From NCBI GenBank assembly GCA_005883135.1, contig VAZM01000070.1, positions 1 through 51,856 of the forward strand: a stretch of DNA of 51,856 nucleotides, written 5' to 3'. This DNA comes from Alphaproteobacteria bacterium (GTDB taxonomy: Bacteria; Pseudomonadota; Alphaproteobacteria; Rhizobiales; Xanthobacteraceae). Below the pieces are notes generated by a model that saw only the letters and a program-made list of their open reading frames with translations, searched no databases and was not told the origin of the DNA. Below, piece after piece: positions 49,162 to 51,856 of this stretch (position 1 is the first letter of the stretch; the number at the start of each line of letters is the position of its first letter). Made by a program: the position numbers and the translations under genes.

Positions 49162-50238
49162 ATGAGCCGTGAAATCCTCGACAGCGTCTGGCGCGCCAGC
49201 GGCATCCGCCTGATCGGTGACGGCGTGCCGGCCGGCGACGTCATGGCGGCACAGGCCAGTCTGACCCATTGGGACGAGTGGTTTCCGTACTGGACCGACC
49301 TCGGCGATACTTACGAGCGGCTCGCCCGCGAGGCGCTCGCCCGCAACCGGCGGCAGAGCGCGGGAGAGCTGTTCTGGCACGCATGTTTGTCGCACCACTA
49401 CGCGCAGTTCCTGTGGTTTCACGATTCGGTGCGGCGCGATCTCGGTCAGATGCGCAAGGTCGCGCTCTATCGTGAGGCGGCGCCGCTGTTCGCGGCGCCG
49501 GCGATCCGTTTCGACGTGCCGTTCGACGGCTTTGCTATCCCAGGCTATCTGCGGCTGCCGCCGGGGGCGTCCGGCAGCCTGCCGGTGGTCATCGTGCTGG
49601 GCGGATTGGAGAGCACCAAGGAAGAGAGCTACCGCTTCGAGAACCTGTGTCTCACGCGTGGACTCGCGACCTGCACATTCGATGGACCGGGCCAAGGTGA
49701 GATGTATTTCCAGGCCAAGCTGCGGCCAGACTTCCACCGGTTTACGTCCGCGGTGCTGGACTGGCTCGAGAAGCGGCCGGAGATCGCCGCCGACTGCATC
49801 GGCATCATCGGCCGTAGCCTCGGCGGGTTCTACGCCATCCATTCCGCCGCCCACGATCCGCGCTTTAAGGCATGCGTGTGCTGGGGCGTGTTGTTCGACC
49901 TGTCCTACTACGACCAGATGCGCGATCCGGCGCGTCGGGGGTTTGCGTTCGTGGCGGGCTATGACGACGCTGAAAAGGCGGGGCCTTATCTCAGGGACAC
50001 GCTCGACCTCTCAGGCCAGGCCGAGCGCGTACGCTGCCCCGTTTATGCGCTGCACGGCGCCCAAGATGTGCTGATCCCGGCCACCCAGGTTGACCGCCTG
50101 CGCAAGGCGATGGCGGCACATGCGGATATGACGTTCGACATACCCGAGGATGGCAACCATTGCTGCCACAACCTCTACGCAGTGGTGCGCCCGCGCATGG
50201 CCGATTGGCTGGCGGAGCGGTTGGGCGCACGCACTTGA
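49162..50238 (+). CDS. alpha/beta hydrolase with N-terminal helical domain
   Basis: About 358 aa (ATG 49162 or TTG 49159). Nucleophile elbow GRSLGG. A later HG.QD and a C-terminal DGNHC supply acid/His candidates. Confidence 0.8.
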   Translation: MSREILDSVWRASGIRLIGDGVPAGDVMAAQASLTHWDEWFPYWTDLGDTYERLAREALARNRRQSAGELFWHACLSHHYAQFLWFHDSVRRDLGQMRKVALYREAAPLFAAPAIRFDVPFDGFAIPGYLRLPPGASGSLPVVIVLGGLESTKEESYRFENLCLTRGLATCTFDGPGQGEMYFQAKLRPDFHRFTSAVLDWLEKRPEIAADCIGIIGRSLGGFYAIHSAAHDPRFKACVCWGVLFDLSYYDQMRDPARRGFAFVAGYDDAEKAGPYLRDTLDLSGQAERVRCPVYALHGAQDVLIPATQVDRLRKAMAAHADMTFDIPEDGNHCCHNLYAVVRPRMADWLAERLGART

Positions 50239-50417
50239 CCACGAGGCGCGTGCGACCGCGACGCGTCAACTCTCTCCTTTGAGAGAGGGCATGTCCGAGA
50301 TAAGCGAGGAACCGGTGGGGCCGGTGCTCACGGCGAATGGGAGCCCTCACCCGACTCGCTCACTTGGTCCGCATCACTTTCTCACATGGGAGGGTAACGG
50401 AGTTCTGGCGCCCCGAA

Positions 50418-51083
50418 CTACGACACCGCCCGCAGCTTCATCTCCGCCGCCGGCCAGCATGCCATGATGTCCTCGCTGGTCACCACCTGTCCGAAGAACT
50501 GGTCGATGTTGAACAGCGTGGCGTCGTGCTGGGGCTGCGAGTAGGTGGCACAGCAGTCGCTGGTGAACAGCACGTAGTAGTCCTTCATGAACGCCTGCCG
50601 CGCGGTCGTCTCGCAGCACACGTTGGTGGCCACGCCCGTAATGATGACGGTCTTGATGCGATTCGAGCGCAGCACCAGGTCGAGGTCGGTGTTCTCGAAG
50701 GCGCCGTAGCGATGCTTCGTGACGATCACCTCATCGGCCAGCGGACGGACTTCGTAGAAGTCCTGATCCCATTTGCCGGGCTCGCACACCGGGAAGTGCG
50801 TGTAAGCTCCGTTGCGGCGGCGCTTGGCCTGCTCGAGCCAGACTTCGGAGAGGTAATGGTTTGGCCCGGTGTTGTAGGCACACTGGATCCAGACCAGCTT
50901 GATCTTCGCTGCGCGCGCGGTCTCGATCAGCTTTTGCAGTCGCGGCATCATCGGCTTCACCAGCGACAGGTCGCGGCCTTCGCGGTGCATGGACCCGCCT
51001 TCGGCGCAGAAGGCGTTGAGTACGTCGACGAGGATGAGCGCAGTGTGCGCGGGTTCGGCCTTCTGAGGGAGCGTGGTCAGCAT
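50418..51083 (-). CDS. isochorismatase-family cysteine hydrolase / amidohydrolase
   Basis: 221 aa. LILVDVLNAF and catalytic-Cys block TGVATNVCCETTARQA. It starts 13 nt downstream of the binding-protein gene on the same strand. Confidence 0.85.
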   Translation of the reverse strand: MLTTLPQKAEPAHTALILVDVLNAFCAEGGSMHREGRDLSLVKPMMPRLQKLIETARAAKIKLVWIQCAYNTGPNHYLSEVWLEQAKRRRNGAYTHFPVCEPGKWDQDFYEVRPLADEVIVTKHRYGAFENTDLDLVLRSNRIKTVIITGVATNVCCETTARQAFMKDYYVLFTSDCCATYSQPQHDATLFNIDQFFGQVVTSEDIMACWPAAEMKLRAVS

Positions 51084-51096
51084 TTATGGTGTCCTC

Positions 51097-51856
51097 TCAT
51101 GGCTTCCAGATCATGGCATTGACATCGAACGGCTTGGTGAGTTTCTGGCGCACCAGGATGTCGAGGTTGGCCTGCAGGGTGGAGACGTTGAACTCGGTGA
51201 CGTAGAGCGGGAGGTGGATTTCCTTCACGACCTCGAGCTTAACGCCGGTGTACTTGGCAATCCACTCGTCCCGCTCTTCCTTACTGGCGTTGTCGAGATA
51301 TTTGGTCGCGCGTTCCAGGGCGGTGCGCAGGCGCCTCGCCGCATCCGGATTCGCCTTGACCCAGCTCTCCTTCACCTGAAACGCCGCGATATCCATGTTA
51401 GGGACGTTGCCCTGATACGGATAGGCGATCACGCGTGCGCTTCCGCTCTTGAGCAGGAAGGTCAGGAAGGGCTCCACGCTCCAGACCGCGTCCAGCCGGT
51501 TTTGCAGCAGCGCATCGGTCATCTGCGGGAACGGCAGCTCGAAATACTGCACGCTGGCCGGATCGACGCCGCCGCGGGTCAGCCATTCCTTCAGATGGAC
51601 ATGATTCGGGCCGTTGATCAGGCCTGCCGAGACGCGTTTGCCCACGAGGTCCTTCGGGCCGTTGATGGGATCGGCGGTGCGGACCGCGATCCCCGAGTTG
51701 TCCGGTGGCGTCGGGCGAATGCGGGTGTTGTTGATGAGATACATGACCTCGAGGCCGTTACCGCGTGCGATCAGTGGTTCGATCACTGAGTTGCCGGCGA
51801 TTTCAGCGCTGCCGCCGAACACCGCTTCGACCCCGAGCGCGCCCTGGGAGATGAAG
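51097..51856 (-). CDS. NMT1/THI5-like ABC substrate-binding protein, 5' end beyond the window
   Basis: The frame stays open to the window edge (…FISQGALGVEAVFGGSAEIAGNS…). Colinear with the 48195-49148 product (PFPQM.DAL.Q.RLDAVW.VEPF, PNMDI, MIWK). Confidence 0.85.
   Translation of the reverse strand, partial: FISQGALGVEAVFGGSAEIAGNSVIEPLIARGNGLEVMYLINNTRIRPTPPDNSGIAVRTADPINGPKDLVGKRVSAGLINGPNHVHLKEWLTRGGVDPASVQYFELPFPQMTDALLQNRLDAVWSVEPFLTFLLKSGSARVIAYPYQGNVPNMDIAAFQVKESWVKANPDAARRLRTALERATKYLDNASKEERDEWIAKYTGVKLEVVKEIHLPLYVTEFNVSTLQANLDILVRQKLTKPFDVNAMIWKP

Noticed and set aside
50270-50287. Hairpin CTCTCTC-CTTT-GAGAGAG between the convergent hydrolase genes.
   Set aside because: The stem is only 7 bp and no T-run follows on either strand. 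It is too weak to call a terminator.

Overview
This is high-G+C DNA (mid-60s % by eye, not computed). Gene content and order look like an alphaproteobacterial chromosome, probably Hyphomicrobiales/Rhizobiales and Bradyrhizobium-like. That placement is inferred from protein families and synteny; no search was run. About 50 protein genes are present, and almost all are core housekeeping.

Genes in map order:
- A four-gene ligase-associated DNA-damage-response cluster: ATP-dependent ligase, MBL exonuclease, Lhr-type DEXH helicase and PdeM.
- A TauE + TIGR02186 pair, an acyl-CoA dehydrogenase, two tandem cupins, gshA and a KefB/C-type K+ efflux protein.
- A twin PAN/Apple protein, a DUF6152 protein and its membrane partner, then tldD and an IalB-like protein.
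- The aa3 cytochrome c oxidase cluster coxB-ctaD-ctaB-(52-aa CoxF-like ORF)-ctaG-ctaE, followed by a disulfide oxidoreductase, DUF983 and SURF1.
- thrC, an M16 peptidase, a GNAT, a lipoprotein, a HAD hydrolase, atpI-B-E-F'-F and YjbQ.
- A CrbS/CrbR-like SSF-domain hybrid kinase with a LuxR-type regulator, hemA, an IlvD/Edd dehydratase, a dienelactone hydrolase, two isochorismatase-family hydrolases and two NMT1-type ABC binding proteins.

No rRNA, tRNA, CRISPR, IS, integrase or prophage gene was recognised. I did not find an intact, clearly novel multi-gene system.

The only accessory-looking DNA is a lower-G+C islet of roughly 2.2 kb (about 45.9-48.1 kb) made of gene remnants. It includes the first 94 codons of an SMC/RecF-type ABC ATPase, translationally coupled to a 64-aa ORF. 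This may be a relic of a defence or NTPase module.

Other leads:
- A single-base frame break in the Lhr-type helicase creates an in-frame helicase-PdeM fusion ORF.
- A second single-base frame break splits the hybrid kinase.
- thrC appears to have lost a conserved segment in frame.
- A perfect FNR/FixK box sits with a correctly spaced -10 element.
- A perfect EcfG-type GGAAC-N16-CGTT promoter lies next to hemA.
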